DNA of 32,755 bases from the NCBI GenBank assembly GCA_037834085.1, contig JBBMKC010233833.1:1-32755 (forward strand), given 5' to 3'. This DNA is from Bipalium vagum. Its lineage: Eukaryota. Numbering within the stretch: the stretch's first letter is position 1; every line of letters starts with the position of its first letter. Both the position numbers and the translations under genes were made by a program. The notes beneath the pieces were generated by a model. That model did not search any database. It was not told the origin of the DNA and worked only from the letters and a program-made list of their open reading frames with translations. Below, piece after piece: positions 1 through 12,579 of the stretch.

Positions 1-101
1 ATATATACGATGCTATTTTTGCAATAAACATTATAACCACTTTATAAAAGCAAGTCAAAAGAAACAAAAACGCACAAAAAGAATTTCAATGTATACTCAA
101 C

Positions 102-334
102 CATTTAACTGGCTAATAATTTTAACGAAGTCAACAAATCCTACAGTCCGAGAAACATTAGAGTCGAGAAGCACTTTCAATTCTTCGAGGAAGCTGAAAA
201 AAGGATCACTGATTGGACAACCACCAAAGATGCGGATTTCTTTTATTGAGGAATTCATCAGGTTCCTTAAAAATGGAAATTTTTTATTAACAAATGAAAA
301 CATTTCGAATAAATTTTCTTTTTCTTTTTGTTTA
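102..334 (-). CDS. Probable internal exon of an uncharacterised divergent gene, weakly LRR-like, running off the left edge
   Basis: Open frame KQKEKENLFEMFSFVNKKFPFLRNLMNSSIKEIRIFGGCPISDPFFSFLEELKVLLDSNVSRTVGFVDFVKIISQLN. It is flanked by a 55-nt GT-AG intron (389-335, donor gtgagc) and a 62-nt intron (101-40) with a long polypyrimidine tract. No family recognised. Confidence 0.5.
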
Positions 335-389
335 CTTAACATTTATATTACTTATTAAATAAACAATGTGTTTTTTAAAAAAGGCTCAC

Positions 390-404
390 TTGCAATGTAT
401 AAAT
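390..404 (-). CDS. Candidate 15-nt microexon (FIHC) of the divergent gene
   Basis: Acceptor ttttcatttatcag and donor gtgagc. Phase 2-2 and in frame with exon 334-102. Confidence 0.4.
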
Positions 405-2579
405 CTGATAAATGAAAATTAAACTCAATCTATTTATGTCGAATTATTCTGCTATCAACCCTAATGAATATATATTTATACAACTATTATAATTAGAAAT
501 TATAACCCAATTCCGTTAAAAAAATACAAGGAGTGAAAACTATTTACAACTTAATATTCTCAAATTTTAAAATTGGACGTTGTTACATTTCCATTAACAA
601 TTGGATAAATTTCTTGTGAAACAAATGCAGAAGACATTGAGTAAATAAATGGTATTAAGTATCAATTTTTCATTATGTTCGCCGTGCACTTCGTTTATTC
701 TCATTCTATATGATATGGATAATGTAATTTCATACTGTCTTTCATTCATAACTTTTTTCTTTGAAAAATTTTCTTTTAATCCTAAATTAGGGTGTCTGGT
801 CATTCAATTTTAATTATTCATTAGTAAACCCGTTTGTTGATAAGAATATAATTTCACATTTACATGTTTAAGATGATTCTTTCTCATACTATCCAGGTAT
901 TCATGTTCTATCTAAGTTTCTAATGTATTTGAACGAAGTTAGGATCATCTTGTTCAATATTATCAATTCTTATCTCATTTTATTATTTCCAGATTGGTTA
1001 CTTTTAATTTACCTAGTGTTCTCATCATACCGAGCTGTAATTCTTATTTCTTTATTATTCATAGTTTCAGAGAGATTTAATTAGAGCAAGTTAAAATTCT
1101 AAATCTCAAATCAATGTCATTATGGAAAATATTCAAAAATATTTTTTATTTTATTAAGAGATTATGTTTATTCATAATTTACTAATACAGGATATCTTTC
1201 CATACATCTTTATTAAGGATTGCTTATTTGACTTTACGTCAATTAATTTATTCCTGAAAACCGGATTTTAATCAAACGGTTTTGGCCTTGAATTTTATTT
1301 CATTTTTTTAATATAGACTTACATGTTAAAATGGAAACTAGAATATCCGAGAAAGGCGTTTACCAATCTCACTTAAGATGGGTCCCGGATTATCAGTCAA
1401 TCCCGATTAATAGGTTAGACGATATTCGAGACCCAAATATAATCTTGCTGTGACATGTGAAAAGTGTTGACTACCATGATATGATTTCTCAATATTCGAC
1501 TATGCTCTTTCTTAAAAATTTCTAAAATATTCTTCTGATTAATCTCCAAATGTTTAAATAAAACGAACACAACATTAAAAAAAGTAAGGCGTTAGTGAAG
1601 TTCGACCTAAAGTTAAATATTTCGATTATTAAATTTAGTAATAAAAATAATAATAATTCATTCCTTTGTCCTTTACTGAAAAGACAACACACACCATATT
1701 TTCTAAGAACATATAAATAATATCATAAGAACTTTTACCAATAAATGCTATAACCTACATTGGAACCCAAACACTAAGGTAATGATTCTCAGCTTCAAAG
1801 AAGATAATTAATGATATAATTATTAAATGCTTCATTAACGCAATAAGATCAATTCAAACAATTTGGAAAGTTCACAAACCTCTGCCTAACAAACGTACAA
1901 AAAGATTGAAATTGTCTATGAGATTAATGTGACAAGACAAATAAACAAATTTGGAGAGATAAAATTTTCTTTAATCTATTAAGTAAATAAAATAATTTTT
2001 ATCGATTTTTACAAGCCAAACCCTTTCATTTTATATAATTAAAATTCATAGAAATAAACAGTTTAGGATCTGTTCTATGAAAATTTTCCGAATTCTTAAA
2101 CATTGATATTCAGAAAATTATATAAAATGTTTTAAAATATGTGTGAAAATACTTTTAACAACGTTAACACAAAGAAAATATTCTAAAAACTAAACATTCA
2201 CCAAAAGTTCATTAAAACAAAAAATATAACGAACAGCAAAAAAACATTAATATATTACAAAGAAAAATGATGGAAATTAATCTCGTTTCGAACAAAAATT
2301 ATTATTTCGTGTAACATTTTTTTTTTGTAGAAAGGGGTTGGAAAAAATCGCAATATCTGAAAGAGAAACTTTTCCACTGTATACAATATTCAGCAAGTAT
2401 TGATTTTTATATTTCTTTTGTAATATAACAATTTACACAAACGTTATTCCAGATACAAAATTTTCTGATCGAAAAATTTCTTTCATGTTAATTGTACATG
2501 GGTTTTGAAGAAAAACAATTAAAAAGCAAAATATTGCTACCTTGTTGTACATTATCCTTCTACATGCTAAAGCTACTCA

Positions 2580-2593
2580 GTTGTCATGGAAAC
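2580..2593. promoter_or_regulatory. RFX X-box motif
   Basis: GTTGTCATGGAAAC matches the 14-bp X-box consensus RTHNYYWTRRNRAC at every position and lies in the divergent intergenic region. Confidence 0.5.
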
Positions 2594-2877
2594 CGCTCAG
2601 AAAATGTAATTTACGCTTCACTATTCGGCTGTATTTCGTTATTAGTTAGTATTTCTTCCTGGGGAAAAACATACATTTCAAATTTTGTGTTTTTTAATTG
2701 AAATAAAAATCTGTCAATTTTTTCTGGATAATTTTTAATAAATGTTCAATATTGGAATTGGAACACAAAATTGGGTTGAAATTTTTTGAAAAAAATAGAA
2801 ATAATATAAAATATATTATATATTTAACATAAAAAGTACTAGCATACATTAATGTAATTGTATATCATTATAAGCTG

Positions 2878-3007
2878 TACACATACACACGTACAAAAAA
2901 AACAAACAGCTACAGACACATATGCACACACACATACACACACTCACACACGAATGTGTATATATATACATATATATATAAATATATTTATATATATATG
3001 TATATAT
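2878..3007. repeat. Imperfect (CA)n followed by (TA)n microsatellite
   Basis: cacacacatacacacactcacacac ... tatatatatacatatatatata seen directly. Confidence 0.85.
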
Positions 3008-3039
3008 GTTTCAAAGTGAGATGTACACCGTTTAGCTGA

Positions 3040-3231
3040 CCAATAAAAAGCCGTTGTTTGATATAATTAGTCTGTTTCGTATCGGCCCAAACCAGCGGAG
3101 TGGTGGTTGTGTTCAGTGTACAAGATGGTATTTGATTGTCGATTTCTCTCTGGCCATTATTGTTTCTCAAATTCGTTCCATTTCTTTTTATTCTCAATTT
3201 TTCGAATTTGAACATTCAATCATTTCACCAG
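3040..3231 (+). promoter_or_regulatory. Probable promoter and non-coding first exon of the receptor gene (start coordinate approximate)
   Basis: GC-elevated island right after a (CA)/(TA) microsatellite. Contains CCAAT at 3040, Inr-like TTAGT (~3067) and TCAGT (3113-3117), and donor CCAG|gtaatt at 3232. The ATG exon at 5352 has an acceptor, so an upstream exon is required. Confidence 0.5.
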
Positions 3232-5360
3232 GTAATTTTTCTATTTTCCATTTTCCATTAATTATTATTCTTTGGTAATATTTTATTAAATATTTGAATG
3301 ATTTCCTTTAATTTTCACCTTTACATGGTTAAGCTGCCCATTTGACCATTTTTTGTTAGGTTTTCTAACTAAATCTCTCATGGCAACAATTTATCTGTTC
3401 CAAAATGGATTTATACATTATTTACTTTTACATTCTTGGTTCTGTTGGTTAGTGTTATTGTTCTCTAAAAAATATTTCAAAAAATTGGTTTTTGTCCATT
3501 CCAATATTCAACACAATTTTGAAAATGTTTGTAAATTGAAACAAAAAGTGATCACATTTCAGTTATAACGAATTACAAAAATATTTACGTCGCCAAAACG
3601 TTTCCATTTTTCCAAACGAAACAAAAACTGGGATTTTAAATAGTGGTTTAAGACTAACACGCTGTTGGATTTGAATTAGTAATACGATATCGTGGCAAAT
3701 AATGACATATTTAAACAAAGTGAATTGTTAATGGATATTTAGGTTGAAAACCATAAGTAAAATTCGATTTTCATTATTAAAATGAACTGTTAGAGAAAAA
3801 TGTCTTAGATAAGAATGTAAAAAATCAACAGATTCTAAAACCAAAGAAATCTGAGACATTATGTTAATATCGGGAAAGAACAACTCAGAAAGATTTTTAT
3901 GTTGAATTTAAAGAAAAAAATGTTACATAGAAAGGAATAAATGTTCTTTACAAAAGGAATTGTGAATTAAGAAGTTGTGGAGAATATATTTCTTCAAAAT
4001 TCAATGTTTGCGTCTTAGTGGAAATTATGTTACCATGTTTTTAAAAAATATAGGAAAATATAAAAAGGGAAAGCATTTAATATTTCTTTATTAATTTATG
4101 TTTCTATGGGAGAAAACGATAAGAATATTATGTTTGTGTTTTCCTTTAGAGATAATCGAATACATTTAGTCTTCATAGAATTTAGGGATTTGTTTCCATT
4201 TTCCCCTTTTCAAAAAAGTCAGTCTTTAGAATATTTTTCCATCTTTCCATCGATAATCAAAACAAATTGTTTTGTTGAAATGAGAAAAATATTAATTGAT
4301 TTAAAATTTAATAAAAACAGCCCATTTTATGATAAGATATTGAAAAATAAATGCGAAATCTTGTCATTTTTTTTCTCTCTTTCCTTTTGTTTGCTGCCAT
4401 ATGAATCTCAGTTTTGTTGCAACCAATGCTTATGTTGATAATGATATTGAAGTCTTTTCTCTCTTTTCTCATATATTTTCATTTATTAAATATCTTTAGA
4501 GGTTAACAAAATATTTACAATTTCTATTTCTCCTTTAATAATTAAAAATGAAAAAAATATGGATTTTCAACTAAAATATTGAGTAACATTTCAATTAATG
4601 ATAAAAAAATTCGATTTATATTTTTTTATTGGTAAAATATAATCGAATAATTAAAAATTGTCTATCAGGACCTCAAAGTTCTTGAAAAAGTTCAGAGAAA
4701 AGTCGATTGACAAAAGACGACGAGTAGAAAGCGCCATTGTTTGGAAACCAGAGAAATATTTCTTAAAATTTTTCATTTGTAGAGATTTTCTGGACGAAGA
4801 AAGCCAAAAATTTGTTTTTCAAAATTTCGTTTTATTTGTCATGTCTGAAATTTTTTAAGATCAAAGATCTGTAAGAAAAAAATCAGATTTTTCAATTGAT
4901 CTGTGTTTATTAATAATTGATCCGAAAGTCATAGTAAAATGGAAATTGTATATTTTTTCATCAACAAAATTTTATGAACCAAATCACAAAGACGAAATAA
5001 TATAAGCGATTGATTGACGGGTAAGGTTAATAAAAGCAAATTGTAACAACTCTTCTACTCAGCTAAAATCAACACTGGGTGGTGGTATCAAAGTCACACA
5101 TTGATATATGTAATGATTGACTATTGGAACTATGACGAGCTGGCCCAGTTCAATTTGTGAGCAGAGATTTAGCTCGTTTTTTTATCTTGAATAATTTCGT
5201 TTGTTATTGTCAATCAATTGATATGGGCTGCAATTAGCGATTTATCCCAACTTCAACACATGGGCTGGAATTAAAATCATTAATATGTTCATTTCTATCA
5301 TTAATTAACCATATGGTTTTTGCATGTTTTAATCTGGTTGTTTATTTTTAGACAAAAGTT

Positions 5361-5394
5361 ATGTTGGAATGTCTGCGAATATCGGTGATTATTG
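5361..5394 (+). CDS. Coding exon 1 (start codon, first half of signal peptide) of an Ig-domain receptor gene, Ror-like; the exon itself spans 5352-5394
   Basis: Acceptor tttatttttag ends at 5351, ATG is at 5361, the frame reads MLECLRISVII+G, and donor gtaaaa starts at 5395 (phase 1). It joins in frame to 18346 to complete a signal peptide. Confidence 0.72.
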
Positions 5395-5439
5395 GTAAAA
5401 CTTTTTTCCCTTAATTTATTTTTCTTAAATGATTAACAT

Positions 5440-5817
5440 TATTATTATTTATTCTTCATTACTTTTTTTTTTATTATAATCATTATAAGATTATTTTATT
5501 ATTATATTATTAATATTAATATTATTATATTATTAAAATTAATATAATTATATTATTATATAATCATTATTATGATTATTAAAATGATTTTTTTATAATT
5601 ATTATTATATAATATTTTCTTTTTTTATTTAATATTTTATTGCAATCGTTATTATAACATTATTATTACAATATTATTTTTATTATTATTATGTTATCAT
5701 TATTTTGATTATTACAGTTATTATTTTATAATTATTATTATTTAATCTAATTTTCTTTTCTTTATTTATTATTTAATTTTGATCGTTATTATAACATTAT
5801 TATTACAATATTTTTAA

Positions 5818-5877
<60 letters not shown>

Positions 5878-5960
5878 TTATCATTATTATGATTATAACA
5901 ATTATTATTCTTTTATTATTATCATTATCAGTATTATTATGATAATAAAATTATAATTAT
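5440..5960. repeat. ATT-rich low-complexity tract with a perfect ~(ATT)20 at 5818-5877 and a 31-bp direct duplication
   Basis: The attattatt run is seen directly; atcgttattataacattattattacaatatt occurs at 5645-5675 and 5782-5812. Confidence 0.9.
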
Positions 5961-6549
5961 TATGGGATGAATTATAATTCAATTGAAATAAAAAAATTAA
6001 AAGAAAATATACGCTCGAACTGGTGAGTTGAAAAATCATATTTTTATAATTGAAAGCACACTTGATTTGATTATAATAACTAAATTGCGGCTAATTAAAT
6101 TATTTCCAAAAAAATTTTGATCTATCGAAACTCAAATGGCATTCTAAACTATATGGGAAAAGGCGATATTTTGTGAGATCCAAAAAAACTTTCCCTTTTC
6201 AAGAAAATATTGAATTGGGTTTTAAATTGAAGTTTATTTTAGAAATTAAATCAATTTTTATTTTTACGTTTTCTGTCGAACAAAATATCAAATTAATCAA
6301 CTGGAGTAATTTAAAAATTATTTACTTTTGATTATCTGATCCGTAATGAGATTTGATGTCATCATTATTGAAAAAGACTCACCGCTTCTCTTTTCTTCAT
6401 CTGGAATATTTCAAACATTAAGGGTATATTTTTCCATTATTTATTTTACCAAAACAAAGTTCAAATTTTGTTGGTTTTAAAACAGTCTCTAAATACGTTA
6501 TTTATATTTAATTATAAAAATTAATTTGAGCGTCACTGTACTGAAACCA

Positions 6550-6910
6550 CAGTCAAGCCTCTCGCTAATAATACCAGAATTTATTTAATGCCTTAAAATT
6601 TTAAAATCGGCAACTTTTCTATAGTGAAAGGCATAATACCTCCTGTTAGATACCATTCGTCTACGTAATGTCTAATTATAAGAACTGAAAATAATGTTAA
6701 AATAATGATTATTTGAAAATTTTACGATAAAGTTACGAAAAGTTAAGAAAAGTATGACTCAAAAGAAAATCGATTAATGGTTTCATGCATGTATTCTGTA
6801 ATATACACAGGGTATATATTTGTAATTATCCTTGTTATTTTCTAATTAATGCTATCTCTCTTATTGAGATCATAAATAACCAATCGGAGCACTAATGAGA
6901 GGGTTGACTC
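6550..6910. mobile_element. 361-bp MITE, pogo/Tigger-type ends
   Basis: TIRs cagtcaagcctctcgctaat (6550-6569) and actaatgagagggttgactc (6891-6910) are 15/20 complementary. TA follows on the right and CA precedes on the left (degenerate TA TSD). No coding capacity. Confidence 0.6.
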
Positions 6911-8689
6911 TATTTTAACAAAAAGTTTTCAGTCTTAATATTAATTTTTTTATTAAAATTTTATTAATTGTTTTAAATATTTTTAAAATAAAATTAGTTT
7001 TTGAATTTTTGAGGAATTAGTTTTACTTTATTCATAACAAATTCGCGCAGTACTCAAAAACAAAATTTGAGTTTCTTTTCACTTATGTTTTAAATATGCA
7101 CTGTTCACTGAAAGATACATTAAAACAAAAAAAATAAATCTAGAAATTAAAATTGAAAATAATTTTAATTTAATTATGATTAATTATTATTTCTTTTTGG
7201 TACCACTGCACAAAAATGCTATCAAAAGTTAAGATAGCCGTTTGAACAGGAAAATGTACATTTATCTGTGTTTTTTGTTTATTCAATTGATTATATGTTA
7301 ATTTATCTATTATCAATTTATAAATAATCTGTTTATTCGTCTGTTGAATATTCAGAAGGCAGTAAAAAATCATGTTCCTTTTACAGAGTCTTTAAAGCAT
7401 TAGGAAAATTGATAATTGTATACATGTCGTTCGTGATCGAAAATAGGTGATATGGTAAAACGACATTTTTAATAGTTTAAACAAAAGTTTATCAGTAATA
7501 CAAATATAATAAATAATATTAACCAATATAATAATTGTAATATTATGTATAATTAAAAAAATTAATTAAATTTATTGATCTTTGAAAAAATTATTAAAAC
7601 AAATTTTTTAAAATCAGTTTATAAAAATGTGTCATTAAATTTTCGGTAGTAAATAAAAATATTCCACCAAAATGATTTATTGTGTAACAGTGTAATATTT
7701 ATTAATAATTATTTTATAAAAAGTAGGTTAATGTTATTCCAATTTTATACCAATAAATATAATTTTTTCTTTAAAGAATTTGGATAGCTAACTATTACAT
7801 ATTTTACATAAAATGTACCTAATGAAATAGTTTTGATAATATTTATTTCAAAAATCTAACTGAACTTTTAATTGTAAATAAAATTAATAAAAAATAAATA
7901 ATAATAATAATAATAATAAAATGTAAAATCAAAAGATTTTTACCCTGAAATTAGTGTTTAATTATTGATTAATATCATAAGATAATATGACCTTGAAAAA
8001 AATAAAAAAGTTACTAGATTTATACGAGCCATATTAAACAAATTTAATGCAAGCAAAAAAACTGAATATTTTTACACAAAATCTTTAATATTTTTTTAAT
8101 GAGAAAAAATTACTGAACGCATCAAAAAAATATTTAAATAAATCTATTGTTCATACCAGATATTTATGTAATTTTCATTAGAAATCTAAAGAAACATTCG
8201 TCAGTATATTTCTTTTTCAGATATTAATCAAACAAAAAGATAAAATATTTTATAATCAATAAATTTGATGAATATAAAAATTGTAATTAAAAAATTGATG
8301 AAATAGGTTCAAAATGCGATCAATGGCACATTATTAATTAAAAATATCCCGGTATTCAGTGAAATATTTTATTATTATTATTGCAGTTATTTCTTTATTA
8401 TTTTTTAATTATTATTATTATTATTATAACTTTGGTAATATTTTTTCTTTAAATAAATTATGAATCTTTAAATATTCGTTTTTATATATATGTAAAAACA
8501 ATTTATTTTTATTTTTCACACTTATTTCTGTTAAGTTATACTATTTTGACACTCTGCGATGCTTTACAATGGCCACATAGTCATAACACCTTAACCGATA
8601 GTAAGAATAGCTGGATATGTGTCTACTTATTCTTTTAAGTTGCTATGATCAATTCATAAAATAGTTCTCAGTATTCTTAATAAAACATT

Positions 8690-9900
8690 TTATTTTTGAA
8701 CCATACCCACTTGATAACAACTTCAATAAATTAATTTGATCTCCAATCAACCGTAAAGTAAGTAATGACTATTAACGTGGCATTCTCTCCCTAATTAAAA
8801 AATTATGAAAATGTAGATCAGTAATCTTCAAGTTGTATTTTTTTAGAGGATCTTTATATATTTGGTTAATTATATAAACATATTTATTATTGGAATTTTT
8901 TCACACATTGTTATCGTTACTTACATTGTCTTATCTAAAGTGTGTGCATTATATCTTAATTATGACAAGTGTGATTAACTTGTTGCGAAAAGTGCTTATC
9001 ACCATCAATTGTCTGAGAGCAGCAGAATAATATTTTTATAAAAGACTTGAAGATAATTTTTTGATTAAAACTCTTATTTTCGTTCTCCATTTTTACAGGG
9101 TTTTCTTATAATAGTTTCTCACTTCTCAGAAATCAGGGCTTGAATATTCATTTTCCTAATTAGTTATTGTTAAAATTTGAAAACAAGAGAAAAAGTTGTT
9201 GTCTCCCATTAAGAATTTAATGAATAAATTGTATATATCTCAACATCTTCATTTTAGGACCTGTCACAGTTCCACTGAGTCCACTCCCACATTGAAGACA
9301 GAACATAAAAAATCAAAACAAAACTTTTTTTCCAATTATAATTGAATATTATCGAAAACTAATAAGATATCAATTTGCCAATCAATTAATTTGAAAATTG
9401 ATTTTTAATTTTTAATATTTTTAAACCTTTTCCATTGACACGAGAAACAATTTCTTTTGTCTTTCTATTGATATCTTGTATCTTTAGCAATAAATCTTTC
9501 ATAATGGCACATTATTATTTTATCAAAATTTCATTTTTGTTACAGTAAAATAAATTCTTCTAATTATAATTAATTAAAAATCAATGAGCTCTGAACGGTA
9601 TTTTAGTTTTATAATTTTCCGTCTGCGTAGGACTTAGAATGGAGAAATACGAATGAAGATGAAAATTGCATTTAAGATTTCCATTCATATAACAATGATA
9701 CGAGACTGCTTCAATCCTAATTGAGAGATTATCATTTCAATTCTTTGTTGCATGAAAAAGAAATCGTTCTTCTCCTAGGTTGATTTAATGAAAATATATT
9801 TCGTATTTTTCACAGATCTCTCCATCGGTTTTATAGAGCTCTTGGAAATTGGATGCTTTATTTCATCTCCGTGATTGTGCTGGAACAAGTGCATCCATGT
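8690..9900 (-). mobile_element. Possible highly decayed MULE (Mutator-like) transposase
   Basis: Minus strand GEERFLFHATKN*NDNLS...CYMNGNLK...YFSI (~9640-9778) resembles RILIFAT..NL..L...WYMDGTFK...LYTI. Downstream MPR/NSHYLLYG* (~8750-8786) resembles LPRTNNxLEGW. Many stops; recognised by eye only. Confidence 0.38.
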
Positions 9901-10269
9901 TATTTTATCTTACAGACGTATCTTTTCTCTGTCATCATTGTAATAATATACGGAGATAATTGTTCGAAATGATTCTTTTTTAAGAATATATACAGCATTT
10001 TGTATATTTAATGGAACCGATTAAATATATTATTATATCATATGTGGGGTGTGTAATTAGTGAGTATCAGATTGTAAAACCAAGCAAAAAATTTATCAGT
10101 CGATTTTATTTTGTATAAAAATAGGATTTGTGAAATTTTATGTAACCGTTTGATTGTTTTAATATTTTCATTTATTCAGATTTAGTTGCAAAAAATTGAT
10201 TAAATTTCTCAGATTTATGAAAAGTGTCCTATAACATTTGTACAAAATGCTGCGAACTAATAATTTGTC

Positions 10270-10591
10270 AGAGAACAAGGTGAAATTGAATTTTTCAACA
10301 GATGGAGCTCCTGCTTATCATTTGCTTGAAGTTATAAATTTTTAAACAACAAATTTTACGGAAACTAAATTGGGAGAAGTGAACCAATCACCAGAGGTTT
10401 CCTAAATGAATTTCTTTCTTTGGGAATATCTAAATACATGTTTATACAAGGAAGCCAAAGAAGCTAAAAGATCTGACAGATGCATCAAACCAGCTAAAAT
10501 ATCACAAAATATCGTTTATTACAGCATTACTGCTGCGAATTCATGTTGCCATCCACAAAATAAAGTTTTCCAACCCCTTTCGCAGATATAA
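10270..10591 (+). mobile_element. Decayed Tc1/mariner superfamily transposase fragment, rosa/DD41D-like
   Basis: Frameshifted DGAPAYHLLEVINF/LNNKFYGN*IGRSEPI...MNFFLWEYLNTCLY...VFQPL* parallels the family pattern QDGAPAH...LNxxFPGRWIGRGGPIxWPxRSPDLxPLDFFLWGYLKxxVY...HFEHLL. Confidence 0.7.
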
Positions 10592-12184
10592 TGGACTATA
10601 TCATTACTTGGGTCGGATGCTTAATCATTTGACTTACACTTTCAGGTTAGTATCTTTCATTTGATCGATGACGAACCCATGTAATACGGTCATTGGTAAG
10701 CACTTTTGAGCTTTCATCAGAGAAGCAAACCTGACGTAAGAAATTAAACCGTTTTGTAGAAATTAAGTTTTATTTAATTTTGACCACTTTTCTGTCTCCG
10801 TAGTGTTTGTATTTCAGTCCTCAAGCTAGTCTCTTCTTTATCATGACCGGTGTTAACTTAACAAACTAGTTCAGTGAAATACCATTGCTTGTAAAATAAT
10901 ACTTGAGTCTATTTCAATGGCCAGGTACTGTATATTAGTGTTAATGGATATTCTTTTGTAAAATATTAATATTTAATAAATGAATTTCATTGTGCCACGA
11001 ACTTACATTGTTATCTTAAGTATATTTAACAATACTACATTTTAAAATCTGATACTTCCTTTTCACACACCAGCTATTTCAGCAAAATAAAATGTTTATC
11101 CTAAAATAATCTATTATAACAAAAAATAAATTGCGATCTATAAAGTTTTTATACATAATAATGGCAGAAAATGTTAGACTTGCTCCTGATAGATTCAAGT
11201 TGAATATGTAATGTGTAAAACGAAAGAATTTTCTTTAATGTAATATGGCTGATAATTACCAAATTCTCTACAGAAGTCGAACGATATTTTTCAGTATTAT
11301 TTAGAAAAAAGGAAAACTGTTTTATATAGTAATTATTATTTATCCCTTTCCAATTTTGACAGTAACCTATGTAAATTAATGTCAATCGTTTATTAATTAT
11401 CAGTGTATGGAAATATTTTTTATCAAGGTCGTCACGAATATAAATTTTAATCACTTCACTTTTTTTATAAATAGTCATAAATATAAATAGACAAAAAATA
11501 ATTTATCATTGAATTAAAATTATTATTATTTTTATTTTACAGTATTAATTCTCTTTTGAAACCCGGTTGAAAATATCTAATTAATCGATTACAGATTTAT
11601 AATTGTATTGATAGTGTAAATATAAAATTGGTTTTTTAATTAATAATTGAATTAATAATTGTATTTTTAAATTTTTTAAGGTAATAGTAATAAATAATAA
11701 ATAATAATTTTGAGGTTTATTTTTAACAATATAATATGATTATTTTGATATTTAATTTTTAACTTAACTGCACAGCTTTAATTAAAAATATTATTATAAT
11801 AAAATTATCGATGAATATTTTCTTTAATTAAACCTTTTTATTTTACCTTTATATTTAGGTAATTATATATAAGTAAAATATATACTAACGTCTTAACCAT
11901 ATTCTGGATAATGAGGACCTTAACCAACTGATAAAGAACAATAAAGTCAGAAATTTAGTACCGATTAGCCGGGATCTGGTTTACGCCTTTAATCACAATC
12001 TACTTATATCATGAACATGCAAAGAAATTCTATCGGATTAAATGAATTTTCGCTATCAACTAAGCTTATTCTAATAAACAAACAACGGAATTAAAACTGT
12101 TTAATAAAACAATCCTTGATCATGTTTATAAGGCCATTCGATACTCGTTAATAAATTACTAAACCCTTAGATGAATCTTTGTTT

Positions 12185-12460
12185 GAAAAATTTTATAAAA
12201 AATTTTCTAAATATGTTTTTGGTTCTGAAAATTATGGAACCTTGGGTGTCATCAATTTAACTCATGACATTTGTAATAAGTCCAATTAATAATATTTGTT
12301 ATCATTATAGTTGACTCCATATAACAGTCCTCCAACAATAGTAAGCTAATTTTAAGCCAATTAATCGTTTCCAGCAATCTCCATGTGAAAAGCAATTGAT
12401 TATAGTAATCTTGTGTATAGATGCCTCAGAAAGCTTAATGAATACCGTTATTCTAAAGTA
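12185..12460 (+). mobile_element. Possible decayed, internally deleted Ty3/gypsy pol fragments
   Basis: KFSKYVFGSENYGTLGVINLTHDI (pre-RT linker-like), TPYNSP (compare SPWNSP) and ILCIDASESLMNTVIL (compare RNase H ILxTDASxxAIGAVL) occur in the right order. Confidence 0.4.
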
Positions 12461-12579
12461 AGACCTCTTTGACCTATCGAGCCATCATTGGTTCTAAATC
12501 TGTTGATTACAATGTTATGTGATGGAAACGGTTAAGACGACAATCTAACAAGATTAATTGGTCTTACTCAAATAAAGTA

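Noticed and set aside
89-358. + strand 89-aa ORF
   Set aside because: Antisense shadow of the better supported - strand exon; splice signals favour the - strand.
1380-1425. Tigger-like terminal sequence ccggattatc...cccgattaat
   Set aside because: No matching second TIR found.
3054-3278. 74-aa ORF as a first coding exon
   Set aside because: It starts at TTG with an in-frame stop upstream, and the ATG at 5361 gives a proper signal peptide. Treated as UTR.
4665-4760. QDLKVLEKVQRK, similar to the CR1/L2 LINE C-terminal LEKVQRRATK
   Set aside because: Too short and degraded to call; possibly a LINE crumb.
10690-10725. CTGATGA on the - strand followed by a small hairpin
   Set aside because: No GAAA box after the stem, so it is not a hammerhead.
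11543-11570. Strong acceptor ttttacag as a candidate exon 2
   Set aside because: All three frames hit stops quickly and there is no good donor; 18346 fits far better.
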